Sequence record: NZ_CP020440.2
DNA: 64,000 nucleotides
Direction: 5' to 3' (one strand)
From: a plasmid
The position numbers and the translations under genes were made by a program. Numbering within the stretch: position 1 is the first letter of the stretch; each line of letters begins with the position of its first letter. The notes beneath the pieces are model-generated. The model was given only the letters and a program-made list of their open reading frames with translations, was not told the DNA's origin and did not search any database. Below are positions 37,977 through 48,800 of the stretch, in pieces.

Positions 37977-39017
37977 TCAGGCGGCGTAGCGTTTCGCCAT
38001 CGCGGCCAGCGGCAGCGGCTTCAGCTTGGAGGCGTTGCCAGCGGTGCCGAAGGCTTCGTAGCGGGCCTTGCAGATCTCGGTCATCATCTCCATCGCCGGC
38101 TTGAGGTACTTGCGCGGGTCGAACTCGCCCGGCTCCTCGGCAAAGACCTTGCGGATCGCGGCGGTCATCGCCATGCGGTTGTCGGTGTCGATGTTGACCT
38201 TGCGCACGCCCGACTTGATGCCGCGCTGGATTTCCTCGACCGGGACGCCCCAGGTCGGCTTGATGTCGCCGCCATAGCTGTTGATGATCTGCTGCAGGTC
38301 CTCGGGGACCGAGCTCGACCCGTGCATCACCAGGTGGGTGTTGGGCAGGCGGCGGTGGATTTCCTCGATCACATGCATGGCCAGGATCTCGCCGTCGGGC
38401 TTGCGGGTGAACTTGTAGGCGCCGTGGCTGGTGCCCATGGCGATGGCCAGCGCGTCGACGCCGGTGTCCTTGACGAAACGCTCGGCCTCGGCGGGGTCGG
38501 TCAGCAGCTGGTCCTCGGACAGCTTGCCCTCGGCGCCGTGGCCGTCCTCCTTGTCGCCCATGCCGGTTTCCAGGCTGCCCAGGACGCCCAGCTCACCCTC
38601 GACCGAGACGCCGCAGGCATGGGCCATTTCGACCACCTTGGCGGTGACGCCGGCGTTATAGTCGTAATCCGCCGGGGTCTTGCCGTCGGATTTCAGCGAG
38701 CCGTCCATCATCACGCTGGTAAAGCCGTTCTGGATGGCGGTGGCGCAGGTCGCCAGGCCGTTGCCGTGGTCGAGATGCATGCAGATCGGGATTTCGGGAT
38801 AGGCGCGCGACAGGCCCTCGATCAGCGCCTTCAGCACCAGGTCGTTGGCATAGGCGCGCGCGCCGCGGCTGGCCTGCAGGATGACCGGGGAATTGGTCGC
38901 CTGGGCCGCGGCCATCACCGCGAGACCTTGCTCCATGTTGTTGATGTTGAAGGCCGGGACGGCATAGCCGTTCTCGGCCGCATGGTCGAGAAGCTGGCGC
39001 AGCGTGATCATGGACAT
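37977..39017 (-). CDS. fba: Class II fructose-1,6-bisphosphate aldolase (CbbA type)
   Basis: [29 protein letters not shown], zinc-binding His; the ATG at 39017 has an AAGGA RBS. Confidence 0.9.
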   Translation of the reverse strand: MSMITLRQLLDHAAENGYAVPAFNINNMEQGLAVMAAAQATNSPVILQASRGARAYANDLVLKALIEGLSRAYPEIPICMHLDHGNGLATCATAIQNGFTSVMMDGSLKSDGKTPADYDYNAGVTAKVVEMAHACGVSVEGELGVLGSLETGMGDKEDGHGAEGKLSEDQLLTDPAEAERFVKDTGVDALAIAMGTSHGAYKFTRKPDGEILAMHVIEEIHRRLPNTHLVMHGSSSVPEDLQQIINSYGGDIKPTWGVPVEEIQRGIKSGVRKVNIDTDNRMAMTAAIRKVFAEEPGEFDPRKYLKPAMEMMTEICKARYEAFGTAGNASKLKPLPLAAMAKRYAA

Positions 39018-39023
39018 GGGCAA

Positions 39024-40067
39024 TTATCCTTTGCTGGTGGCAAGATAGGCGTGAATGGTGTCGATTTCGTCGCGCGCGCCGAAATACAGCGGCGTCATGG
39101 CGTGCAGGCTGCCGGGCCGGCGGTCCAGGATCGGCCCCTGGCCGTCGGTCGCAAGCCCGCCGGCCTGTTCGATCAGGAAGGCGATGGGCGCGGCCTCATA
39201 GACCAGCCGCAGCCGGCCGTCGCCGTAGCCCGGGCGGCGGTCGTCGGGATACAGAAAGACGCCGCCCTTCAGCAGGATGCGGTGCAACTCGCCCACGGCG
39301 GCGGCCAACCAGCGCATGTTGAAGTCGCGCCCGCGCGGACCCTCGGACCCGGCCCGCAGGTCGCGCGCCCAGGCCTGCAGGCCGGGCGCCCAGTGGCGTT
39401 CATTCGAGGCGTTATAGGCGATGGTCGACGCGGCGGGCTTCAGCGCGACGGCTTCGCGCGTCACGCGGAAGATCCCGGCCTCGGCGTCATGGGTGGCGAC
39501 ATGGGTGCCCTGGCCCAGCGTCCAGCCGAAATCCAGCGAATGGCCAAAGCTGGCGTATCCGGCCCCGACCAGCGCCCGGCCGGGCCGCAGGAACCCTTCG
39601 GGCGCGGCGGGCAGGATCGAATAGAGCATCCCCAGCGGCGCCCCGATGCCGATGCTGCCCGAGCCATCGATGGGGTCGATCGCCACGTCATAGGCCGCGC
39701 CGGGGTTCAACTCGATCACCGCCTCGGCCTCTTCGGACAGGACGCGGCCGACGCCGGCGCGGGCCAGGGCGTCCAGCATGTGGTGATGGGCGGCCAGGTC
39801 CAGCGCCTTCTGCCGGTCGCCGCTGTCGTTGGTGCCCACGACCGCCTCGGGGTCGCCGTGCAGCCGTCCAGCGGCCAAGCGCGCGGCCAGGGGCGGCAGA
39901 GCCTGGGCAATCGCCAGGGTGATGGCGGCGGGGCCGTCGCCCGCCAGCGCCTCGGGCAGGGGGCGTCCGGTCGCGGCGCAGTCGCCCGGCAGTCGCAGCA
40001 TGGCGGCCGGATCGGTCCCGGGGCGGGCCGGGCCGGGGCCTAAGTTGCCTGACTGTGCCAACGTCAT
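39024..40067 (-). CDS. fbp: Class I fructose-1,6-bisphosphatase
   Basis: …DPIDGSGSIGIGAPLGMLYSI… (FBPase metal-binding), GGVFLYP. ATG MTLAQ at 40067; the track start at 40223 lies further upstream. Confidence 0.8.
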   Translation of the reverse strand: MTLAQSGNLGPGPARPGTDPAAMLRLPGDCAATGRPLPEALAGDGPAAITLAIAQALPPLAARLAAGRLHGDPEAVVGTNDSGDRQKALDLAAHHHMLDALARAGVGRVLSEEAEAVIELNPGAAYDVAIDPIDGSGSIGIGAPLGMLYSILPAAPEGFLRPGRALVGAGYASFGHSLDFGWTLGQGTHVATHDAEAGIFRVTREAVALKPAASTIAYNASNERHWAPGLQAWARDLRAGSEGPRGRDFNMRWLAAAVGELHRILLKGGVFLYPDDRRPGYGDGRLRLVYEAAPIAFLIEQAGGLATDGQGPILDRRPGSLHAMTPLYFGARDEIDTIHAYLATSKG

Positions 40068-40228
40068 CAACGGATCCTGTCGAAACCTTGCAGGGGCGCC
40101 GCCGTCACCGGCGGCGGCCCCCCTCTGCCATGCCGCGCGCCGGATGAGAAGCCCTTGATTGCGACAGGGTCCATCCGGCGGCATCATGGGGCGGTTTCCC
40201 CGGGAAAACAGCCCCGGCGGCACCCCGC

Positions 40229-41554
40229 TCAGACGTGCCTGGGTTCGGGCAGCGGGACCTCGGGTTCGGCGTCCAGCAGGTCGAAGCCGTCCGGTTCTTC
40301 TCCGTTCAGGATGCGGCGGGCGCGGTCGCGGTCGATGTCGCCGACCCAGGCCGCGACCACGACGGTCGCCACGCAGTTGCCGATATAGTTGCCGACGGCC
40401 CGGGCGATGCCCATGAACCAGTCGACCGACAGGACCAGCACCAGCCCGATGGCGGGGATTGCCGGGATCGCGGCCAGCGTGGCGGCCAGGATAACGATGG
40501 CCGAGCCGGGCACCCCATGCGCGCCTTTCGAGGTGATCAGCGCCACGCCCAGGATGGTCAGCAGATCCACGGTCGACAGGGGCGTGTTCGTGGCCTGCGC
40601 GATGAACACCGCGGCAAGCGTCAGATAGATCGAGAAAGCGTCGAGGTTGAAGCTGTAACCCGTTGGCACGACAAGGCCCACGGTCGATCCCTTGATGCCC
40701 AGCCGCTCGAGCTTGCGCATGGTCTGGGGCAGGACCGAGTCGCTGGACGCGGTGCCCGCCACGATGCCCAGCTCGGTGCGCAGATAGCGCAGCAGCTTGA
40801 CGATGCTGAACCCGGCCAGACGCATGACGGTGCCCAGGACGACGAAGACGAAGATCGCGATGGTGACATAGAACAGCGCCACCAGATACCCCAACTGCGC
40901 CAGCGAGCCGATGCCGTATTTGCCGACGGTGAAGGCGATGGCGCCGAAGACGCCCAAGGGCGCCAGCCGGACGATGAAGGACATGATCTTGAACGTGACC
41001 TCTCCGGTCAGTTCGATCATGTGCAACAGCGGCTTGCCGCGTTCGCCGATCAGCGACAGCGCGCAGCCGAACAGGACCGCGACCACCAGCACCTGCAGCA
41101 CGTCGCCCTGCGCAAAGCCGCTGACCATGGTGGCCGGGATCAGCTTCATCAGGAAATCGACGGTGCCGCCGCTGCTGACTTCATGCGCGCGGTCCACATA
41201 GGTCGACAGCGCCGAGGCGTCCAGCTGGCTGGGGTCCACGTTCATGCCGTGGCCGGGGCCGAACAGATAGGCCAGCAGGATGCCAAGCGCCAGGGCGATG
41301 GTGGTGATGACCTCGAAATACACGATGGCGCGGACGCCGACGCGGCCCACCTTCTTCAGGTCGCCCGCCCCGGCGATGCCGTGGACGACGACGCAAAAGA
41401 CGATGACCGGGATCAGCATCTTGACCAGCTTGATGAAGGCATCGCCCAGCGGCTTCATCTTGGCGGCGAATTCGGGGGCGAAGAAGCCCGCCGCGACCCC
41501 AAGCACCAGCGCGATGCAGACCTGCCCGAATAGGGACCGTGACCAGCCTGGCAT
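40229..41554 (-). CDS. dctA: C4-dicarboxylate:cation symporter (DAACS family)
   Basis: 441 aa; conserved DctA blocks (…KMKPLGDAFIKLVKMLIPVIVFCVV…, …GVPGSAIVILAATLAA…). RBS GGAGAG. Confidence 0.85.
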   Translation of the reverse strand: MPGWSRSLFGQVCIALVLGVAAGFFAPEFAAKMKPLGDAFIKLVKMLIPVIVFCVVVHGIAGAGDLKKVGRVGVRAIVYFEVITTIALALGILLAYLFGPGHGMNVDPSQLDASALSTYVDRAHEVSSGGTVDFLMKLIPATMVSGFAQGDVLQVLVVAVLFGCALSLIGERGKPLLHMIELTGEVTFKIMSFIVRLAPLGVFGAIAFTVGKYGIGSLAQLGYLVALFYVTIAIFVFVVLGTVMRLAGFSIVKLLRYLRTELGIVAGTASSDSVLPQTMRKLERLGIKGSTVGLVVPTGYSFNLDAFSIYLTLAAVFIAQATNTPLSTVDLLTILGVALITSKGAHGVPGSAIVILAATLAAIPAIPAIGLVLVLSVDWFMGIARAVGNYIGNCVATVVVAAWVGDIDRDRARRILNGEEPDGFDLLDAEPEVPLPEPRHV

Positions 41555-41701
41555 TCATTCTCTCCCTGCAAGGCAGAAGGGGGCGGCGGATGCCGGTTGC
41601 ATCGCTTGTCCTGCGCACCCCTCCCGGACTGTCGTGGATAGTTGGTAAAAAGCCTCATTCATGTCTAATATTGATTTGGCATTGATCCATAGGGCCACCG
41701 T

Positions 41702-42604
41702 ATGCGCATTCGTCAGCTGCACTGTTTCGTGGCCCTGGCCGAGGAGCTGAGCTTTACCCGCGCCGCGCAGCGGCTGAACATGTCCCAGCCGCCCCTGAGC
41801 ACGCAGATTCAGACACTTGAGCGCGAGGTCGGGGTGGACCTGCTAAGCCGCACCAGCCGTCGCGTGGCGCTGACGCCGGCGGGGCAGGCGTTTCTGCTGC
41901 GGGCGCGCAACATGCTGGACCAATACGACCGCGCCCTGCAGGAGGTGCGCGAAATTCAGCATGGCCAGGACGGGCTGCTGGAAATCGGTGCAACGGGCTC
42001 GATCCTGCGGGGCGGGCTGGCGGGTCTGCTGGCGCGTTTCGCGGCCCGACACCCCCGAATCACCCTGCGGCTGCACGAACAGTCGCCCTCGGCGCAGATC
42101 GCCGAAGTGCTGAGCCGGCGCACCGATGTCAGCTTCAACCGCTCGATCCCGCGCGAGCCCGAATTGGCCCACGAATACGGCTGGCGCGAGGAAATGGTGG
42201 CGCTGTTGCCCGCATCCCATCCGCTTGCCGGACGGCCCGCGGTGTCCATCGACGACCTGCGCGCCGATCCCCATGTGGTGCTGCGGCCCGAAAGCTCGGA
42301 CTTCGCGGCTTATCTGATGGCCTGCCTGATGGCCCGGGGCCACCGGCCGCGCATCTCGCAGCAGGTGGTGGACGCGCAGTCGATTCCCAGCCTGATCGAG
42401 GCGGGTTTTGGCGTCAGCATCGTTCCGGCGGCCATCGCCACGTTGACGGCGGGACCGCTGGTCTTTCTGCCGATCCGGCCCGATCCGCCGGTCAGCGACG
42501 TCTTCATGGTCTATCGCCGGGACGATCCGGCTCCGGTCCTGCGCAGCTTTCTGGCCGAGATGCGCGCTTTTCTGGACGAAAAGCCGGCCGCCTCTGCCGG
42601 ATAG
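41702..42604 (+). CDS. LysR-family transcriptional regulator
   Basis: MRIRQLHCFVALAEELSFTRAAQRLNMSQPPLSTQIQTLE (LysR HTH) plus a substrate-binding domain. Confidence 0.85.
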   Translation: MRIRQLHCFVALAEELSFTRAAQRLNMSQPPLSTQIQTLEREVGVDLLSRTSRRVALTPAGQAFLLRARNMLDQYDRALQEVREIQHGQDGLLEIGATGSILRGGLAGLLARFAARHPRITLRLHEQSPSAQIAEVLSRRTDVSFNRSIPREPELAHEYGWREEMVALLPASHPLAGRPAVSIDDLRADPHVVLRPESSDFAAYLMACLMARGHRPRISQQVVDAQSIPSLIEAGFGVSIVPAAIATLTAGPLVFLPIRPDPPVSDVFMVYRRDDPAPVLRSFLAEMRAFLDEKPAASAG

Positions 42605-42673
42605 GGGCGGTTTCCTTTTTCGGCGCGGGGTGGTCTGCGCTATGCTGGGGCTGGGACGGACGGAGATGCCCCG

Positions 42674-43795
42674 ATGCAGCGGATCGTCGAAACCTTCCGG
42701 TCGCGTGCCTTTGTCGCCATGATCGGCGAGACCCCGTGGGACCATGCGCTGGCCGTGCTGGCCTCCGGCCTGCCTGGCGCAGGCGTGGCGATGTTCGTCC
42801 AGTTCCGGGGCGGGCCGACCGACGCGGGGCTTTATCTGCACGGGATCGACCGAGCGGTGGCGGACCTGTACCTGCGCGACTATGCCGCCATCAATCCGCT
42901 CTGGCCCAAGGATTACCGCTGCGATGTCGGCCGCGCCCGCGCCGATTTCGAGTCGGTGCCCCGCCCGGTGCTGGAGCGGTCGGCCTATTACCAGGACTTT
43001 GCCCGCCCGCACGGGATCCTGGGCACCTCGGGCATGGTCATCAGCGCTCAGCCGCAAGAGGCGGCGGTCATCACCCTGAACATGGACAGCACCAGCCCCG
43101 ATGTGGCGCTGCTGGCCCGGGCCCGGCTGACGGCGGTCTGGCCGATGCTGGCCGCGATGGCGCGCTATTACCGTGCCCTGGGGTCGCGTCCGCCCGGGGG
43201 CGAGGCGGCCTCGGCCCATCTGGCGGCGCTGGGGCTGGACATGGCGCTGGTCGGGCAGGACGGCCGGCTGCGCCACGCGACGGCGCCCGAGCCCGCGCCG
43301 GGGGCGATGCGGATCGTCGCGGGCCGGCTGGTGCTGGCCGACCCCGAGGCGCAGAACCTGATGCGGCTGATGCTGCGATCCGATTACGCGGGCCCCCAAC
43401 GCCGGGTCGTGCAGACCGGGCAGGAGCTGATGTCGCTGGTGCGCCATGGCGCCGACCCGATGACGCGGCTGTTCGCGGGGCCGACCGTTTCCGTCACGGT
43501 GGACCGCAGCCGCACGGGGCGCAGCCCGGCCGGCTGCGATGCGCTGCTGGCCCGCCACGCCCTGACCCCGGCCGAGCGGCGCGTCGTGAGCGCGATCCTG
43601 GCGGGGCACAGCGTGTCCGATATCGCCCAGGGCGCGGGCCTGTCGCGCGAAACCATCCGCAGCCAGCTGAAAAGCATCTATGCCAAGACCGGCGTGAACA
43701 CACAGGCGGGGCTGGTGCGGCTGCTTGGGTCTTTGTCGGAAATCACCCAACCGGGTGATGACAGGTCCCCGCGGCCCGCAGATGATACGGGGTGA
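42674..43795 (+). CDS. LuxR-family transcriptional regulator with an uncharacterised ~290-aa N-terminal domain
   Basis: C-terminal HTH_LuxR (LTPAERRVVSAILAGHSVSDIAQGAGLSRETIRSQLKSIYAKTGVNTQAGLVRLL). No autoinducer-binding or receiver motifs recognised in the N-terminus. Confidence 0.7.
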   Translation: MQRIVETFRSRAFVAMIGETPWDHALAVLASGLPGAGVAMFVQFRGGPTDAGLYLHGIDRAVADLYLRDYAAINPLWPKDYRCDVGRARADFESVPRPVLERSAYYQDFARPHGILGTSGMVISAQPQEAAVITLNMDSTSPDVALLARARLTAVWPMLAAMARYYRALGSRPPGGEAASAHLAALGLDMALVGQDGRLRHATAPEPAPGAMRIVAGRLVLADPEAQNLMRLMLRSDYAGPQRRVVQTGQELMSLVRHGADPMTRLFAGPTVSVTVDRSRTGRSPAGCDALLARHALTPAERRVVSAILAGHSVSDIAQGAGLSRETIRSQLKSIYAKTGVNTQAGLVRLLGSLSEITQPGDDRSPRPADDTG

Positions 43796-44131
43796 GAGTG
43801 AACGGCCTCTCGCGTGGTTAGTAGCCTTGTTGCAGTGAACGGATAGTCTTCCCCCGGCCGTCTGCGCGCCCTTGGCTTTCCTGGGGCCAAGGCGCAGCGG
43901 ACTTGGCGGCGGCGGCCCCAGGGCTGCCGCCCCGGCTGGCTTAAGGGCGATGGCGTTTGGCCGCCGTCGCCTGTTTTCTTTTCCATCGCGGTAATCCGAC
44001 AGAAACGATTAGGGGTCGGGCCATAAAAGCCGACTACTTCCGTGTGAATATGCCTGCGGAATTCCCAGAAAAAATATCAGGCATCAAAGCCCAAGAAAAT
44101 AAATCAACTATTTGTTTTTATTGAATCTTTG

Positions 44132-44160
44132 TTGACACTGCCGGAATGAGGATTTATCTG
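44132..44160 (+). promoter_or_regulatory. Candidate sigma-70 promoter TTGACA-N17-TATCTG inside a ~130-nt AT-rich island
   Basis: Seen directly. Region 44030-44160 is strongly AT-rich against a ~67% GC background, about 75 nt upstream of the small ORF at 44237. Confidence 0.3.
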
Positions 44161-44236
44161 CGGGTCCGGGTAAGCCAGCCAGCGCCACGCCAGCCAGCCG
44201 CCCATTCGGACAGTCAGCCAGACAGGAGAAAACAGA

Positions 44237-44433
44237 TGACCCATTCCGCATGCAATGCCTGCGCATTCTATGAGGATCACGTCGCGAACTCTGCCAGCAC
44301 GCTGTCGGATTCAGGTCTTTGCCGGGCCAATCCGCCGGTGACGCAGAAGGACCCGGAAAGCCGTGGATACTGGCCGGTGGTCAAGTCCAGCGACTGGTGC
44401 GGGCAATACACCGCCGCCTTCGCGGCCGAGTGA
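44237..44433 (+). CDS. Small Cys-rich hypothetical protein (65 aa)
   Basis: [65 protein letters not shown]; RBS CAGGAGAAAACAG ATG; four Cys (CxxC…C…C). No homolog recognised. Confidence 0.4.
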
Positions 44434-44614
44434 TCGCGGCACTGATGCCGGCACGGATGCAGGGCAGCCTTCGGGCTGCCTTTTGCATTGGGGGCAAACC
44501 GCCCTGACACGGGATAGTCATTGCGCAGGCCGTTGCACATCCCGCAGGACCACCGTCCTATGGGACGAAAGGCGGCGGGCCAGACCTGCCGCGCAATCGA
44601 CAGGAAAGCCGGAC

Positions 44615-45700
44615 ATGAACCGCCGTCATCTTCTTTGCCTTGCCCGGACAGGCAGCATCCTGGCCGCACTCTGGGCGTCGCCCGGCCAGGCCCAGCAGCC
44701 GCCGGCGCAGGGGGCCAGGGCAGTGGGGACGATCGTCCTGCAATCCGAATCGGTGCCGCTGATCAGCACCATCCCGGGGCGCGCGGTGGCGCGCGACGCG
44801 GTCAGCATCCGTCCCCGCGTCGACGGCTTCGTGACGGACATCCTGTACAGACCCGGCCAGCCCATCAAGGCGGGCGCGCCCATGTTCCAGATCGACCGCA
44901 CCACCTATCAGGCCTCGGTCGAACAGGCCCGCGCCAATCTCGCCTCGGCCAGGGCGGCGGTGCCGCAGGCCCAGGCGGCCTATGACCGGACCCGGCGGCT
45001 GCAGGGCTCTGCCGCGACCCAATCCTCGCTCGAAGAGGCGCTGGCGACGCTGGAACAGGCCCAGGCGGCCGAAATGGCGGCCGAGGCCGCCCTGCGCACG
45101 GCCGAGGCGCAGCTGTCCTGGACCACGATCACCAGCCCGCTGGACGGCCTGCCCTCGGTTTCGGCGGTGTCGGTGGGCGATCTGGTCACGGCCGGGCAAG
45201 GCGATGCGCTGGCCACCGTCACCCAGCTTGATCCCATCGACGTGGACATGTTCGAGCCATCGGCCCGGTTGCAGCGCATCCGCGACCGCATCGAGGCCGG
45301 CACGATCCAGCGCGCGGATTCGATCAACGCGCAACTGACGCTGGAAAACGGCCGGACCTATGCCGCGAAGGGAGAATTGGTGGCGCCGGGGTTCGAGGTC
45401 TCGACCTCGACCGGGGCCATCGACTTCCGCTTTCGCTTCGAGAACCCCGAACGCCGCATCCTGCCCGGCATGTTCGTGCGCGGCAGCATCGAAATCGGCC
45501 GCATCCAGGCGATCCTGGTGCCGCAGATGGCGGCAACCCGCGGCCGCGACGGCACGCTGAGCGCCTGGGTGGCCGAGGACGGCAAGGCCGTGCGCCGCAC
45601 CCTGACCGAGGAGGGCGTGCATGAAAACGCCTGGATCGTGACCGGCGGGCTGAACCCGGGCGAACGGCTGATCGTGAACGGCACCACGGGTCTGGCCTAG
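44615..45700 (+). CDS. RND efflux periplasmic adaptor (AcrA/MexA-like membrane fusion protein)
   Basis: Lipoprotein-like N-terminus (MNRRHLLCLARTGSILAALWASPGQA), biotinyl/lipoyl and beta-barrel MFP motifs (…ITSPLDGLPSVSAVSVGDLVT…). Confidence 0.85.
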   Translation: MNRRHLLCLARTGSILAALWASPGQAQQPPAQGARAVGTIVLQSESVPLISTIPGRAVARDAVSIRPRVDGFVTDILYRPGQPIKAGAPMFQIDRTTYQASVEQARANLASARAAVPQAQAAYDRTRRLQGSAATQSSLEEALATLEQAQAAEMAAEAALRTAEAQLSWTTITSPLDGLPSVSAVSVGDLVTAGQGDALATVTQLDPIDVDMFEPSARLQRIRDRIEAGTIQRADSINAQLTLENGRTYAAKGELVAPGFEVSTSTGAIDFRFRFENPERRILPGMFVRGSIEIGRIQAILVPQMAATRGRDGTLSAWVAEDGKAVRRTLTEEGVHENAWIVTGGLNPGERLIVNGTTGLA

Positions 45701-45820
45701 GGCGCGGAAATCGCCCCGACCGCGGTCGAAATCGACGAAAACGGCGTCGTGCGCGATCTGCCGCCGGACGGAACCGATCCCGCCCCCGCCACGCCCGCCG
45801 ACGCAGGGACGAACTAGGCG

Positions 45821-48800
45821 ATGGCGCGTTTCTTCATTCACCGGCCCGTCTTTGCCTGGGTCTTGGCGATCATCACCATGCTGGCGGGGGTGTTCGGCCT
45901 GTCCAGCCTGCCCATCGCGCAATATCCCGACATCGCGCCGACCACGGTGCGCATCAGCGCGACCTATACCGGCGCGTCGCCCGACATCGTGGAAAACTCG
46001 GTCACGACGGTGATCGAGGACGGGATGACCGGCATCGACGGTCTGATCTACATGACCTCGACGTCGTCGCAGGGCTCGGCCTCCATCCAGCTGACCTTCG
46101 ACGGCAGCGTGGACCCCGACATCGCCCAGGTGCAGGTCCAGAACAAGCTGCAGCTGGTGACTCCGCAACTGCCCGACGCCGTGCAAAGCCAGGGCGTGTC
46201 GGTCAGCCGCTCGACCTCGTCGATCCTGCTGGTGGGGGCGCTGACCTCGACCGACGGCAGCCATACCTCGCTGGAACTGGGCGACCTGGTCAGCCAGATG
46301 ATCGAGGATCCGGTCAAGCGCACCGCCGGGGTCGGTTCGATCAACGCCTTTGGCTCGGGCTACGCGATGCGCATCTGGCTCGATCCCGACCGGATGCTGC
46401 AATATCAGGTGACGCCCGCGGATGTCGTCGCGGCCGTCAGCGAACAGAACACCAACGTCACCGTGGGCAGCCTGGGCGACCAACCCACGGTCAAGGGCCA
46501 GCAGCTGAACGTGGCCCTGTCGGCGCAGTCGCAACTGACCTCGGTGCGCGAATTCGAAAGCATCCTGCTGCGCACCGACAGCGACGGCGCGACCATCTTC
46601 CTGGGCGACGTGGCCGACATCGAGATCGGGCAGGAGGACTACGGCAGCGCCTCGCGCTTCAACGGGATGCCGGCGGCGGGCTTCGGCGTGAACCTGGCGA
46701 CGGGGGCGAATGCGGTCGACACCGCGGCGGCCGTGCGCCAGGTGCTGGACGGGCTGCAAGCCTCGCTGCCCGCCGGGGTGCAGATCGTCTATCCCTACGA
46801 CACCTCGCCCTTTGTCGAGGAATCGATCAACCAGGTCTATCACACGCTGGCCGAGGCGGTGGTGCTGGTCTTCGTCGTCATCCTGATCTTCCTGCAAAGC
46901 TGGCGCGCGACGCTGATCCCGACGCTGGCGATCCCGGTGGTGCTGCTGGGGACCTTTGCCGTGCTGGCCTTCGCGGGCATGTCGATCAACACGCTGACCA
47001 TGTTCGCCATGGTGCTGGCGATCGGCCTGCTGGTCGACGACGCCATCGTGGTGGTCGAGAACGTCGAGCGGGTGATGGAGGAAGAGGGTCTTGGCCCCGT
47101 CGAGGCGACCGAGAAGAGCATGGACGAGATCTCGTCCGCGCTGGTCGGCATCGTGCTGGTCCTGTCGGCGGTGTTCCTGCCGATGGCCTTCATGTCGGGC
47201 TCGACCGGGGTGATCTATCGCCAGTTCTCGATCACCATCATCAGCGCCATGGTGCTGTCCCTGGCGGTCGCGCTGATCCTGACGCCGGCGATGTGCGCTA
47301 CCTTGCTGAAGCCGAAGAAGCACGGCGGGGGCATCGCGCCGGCGCGCTGGTTCAACCGCACGCTCGACCGTGCGACCAACGGCTATGCCGGCACGGTCGG
47401 CGCCTTCGTCAAGCGGCCGTTCCGCTTTCTGGTCGTGCTGCTGGCCTTTGGCCTGGGCGCCTGGATGCTGTACCAGAAACTGCCCGGATCGTTCCTGCCG
47501 TCCGAGGACCAGGGCGTGCTGATGGTCATGGTTGAAACCCCCGAGGGCTCGACCGCCGAACGCACCCGGGCGCTGGTTGAGGAAGTCGAGCAGTTCGTCC
47601 TTCAGGATGAAAAGGATACCGCCGACAGCGTGTTCGCCGCGCTTGGCTTCGGCTTCGGAGGCTCGGGCCAGCGCAATGCGATGGTGTTCATCAAGCTCAA
47701 GGACTTTGCCGAACGCAAAGGGTTCGACGCCGCCTCGATGGCGACGCGGGGCAACATGAAGTTCATGTCGAACAAGAACGGCCGCGTGTTCTTCATGCAG
47801 CCGCCGGCAATCCAGGGCATGGGCAACTCCGCAGGCTTCACCATGCAGCTGATCGACCAGGCCGGCACCGGGCAGGAACGGCTGGCGGCCGCCGCCGACG
47901 AACTGGTCGCCAAGGCCAATGCCGACGGCCGCGTGACCAGCCTGCAGGGCAACGACGCGCCGTTCCAGACCTCGCGGCGCATCACCATCGACCAGCAGAA
48001 GGCCGCGGCCTATGGGCTGTCGATCTCGGACCTGAACCAGACGCTGTCGATCATCTTCGCCAGCGCCAACGTCAACGACTTTTCGCTGTCGGGCGAACTG
48101 CGGCCGGTGATCGTGCAGGGGCAGGCCCAGGCCCGGATGCAGCCCGACGACATCGAGAAGTGGTATGTCAGAAACAGCGATGGCGACATGGTGCCCTTCA
48201 CCGCCTTCACTGCGCAAAGCTGGGACCAGCAGGCGCAAAGCCTGGCGCGCTATGGCGGCACCCGCGCCATGCAGATTTCGGGCGAGGCGGCGCAAGGCGT
48301 CTCCTCCGGTACGGCGATGGACGTGATGGAGGAGCTGGTCGGCCAGCTCGACGGCGGCTACGGCACGGCCTGGACAGGGCTATCCTATCAGGAGCGGCTG
48401 TCGGGGAACCAGGCGCCCATGCTGTTCGCCCTGTCCGCGCTGGTCGTGTTCCTGGCCCTGGCCGCGCTTTACGAAAGCTGGTCGGTGCCGATCTCGGTGA
48501 TGATGACCGTGCCCATCGGCATCGTCGGCGCGATGGCGGCCGCGCTGGTCTTCGGGCAGTCGAACGACGTCTATTTCAAGGTCGGGATGCTGACCACCAT
48601 CGGCCTTGCCGCCCGCAATGCCATCCTGATCGTCGAGTTCGCCGAGATGCTGCGAAAGCAGGGCAAGCCTTTGCTGGAGGCGGCGGTCGAGGCCTCGCGC
48701 ATGCGGCTGCGGCCGATCCTGATGACGACGCTGGCCTTCATGCTGGGCGTCATGCCGCTTGCCCTGGCCAGCGGCGCGGGGGCAGCCGCGCAGAAATCCA

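Noticed and set aside
38322-40043. 573-aa plus-strand ORF opposite fba and fbp
   Set aside because: Antisense artefact; the minus-strand aldolase and FBPase are highly conserved enzymes.
41843-43750. 635-aa minus-strand ORF opposite the LysR and LuxR genes
   Set aside because: Antisense artefact; no motifs.
43800-44236. Possible tRNA or small RNA gene in the long non-coding gap
   Set aside because: I found no T-loop-like GTTCGA(A/G)TC motif or cloverleaf-compatible repeats by eye. A tRNA scan is needed to be certain.
44558-48295. 1245-aa minus-strand ORF opposite the RND pump genes
   Set aside because: Antisense to the AcrA/AcrB-like genes; Arg/Gly/Asp/His-rich low-complexity sequence.
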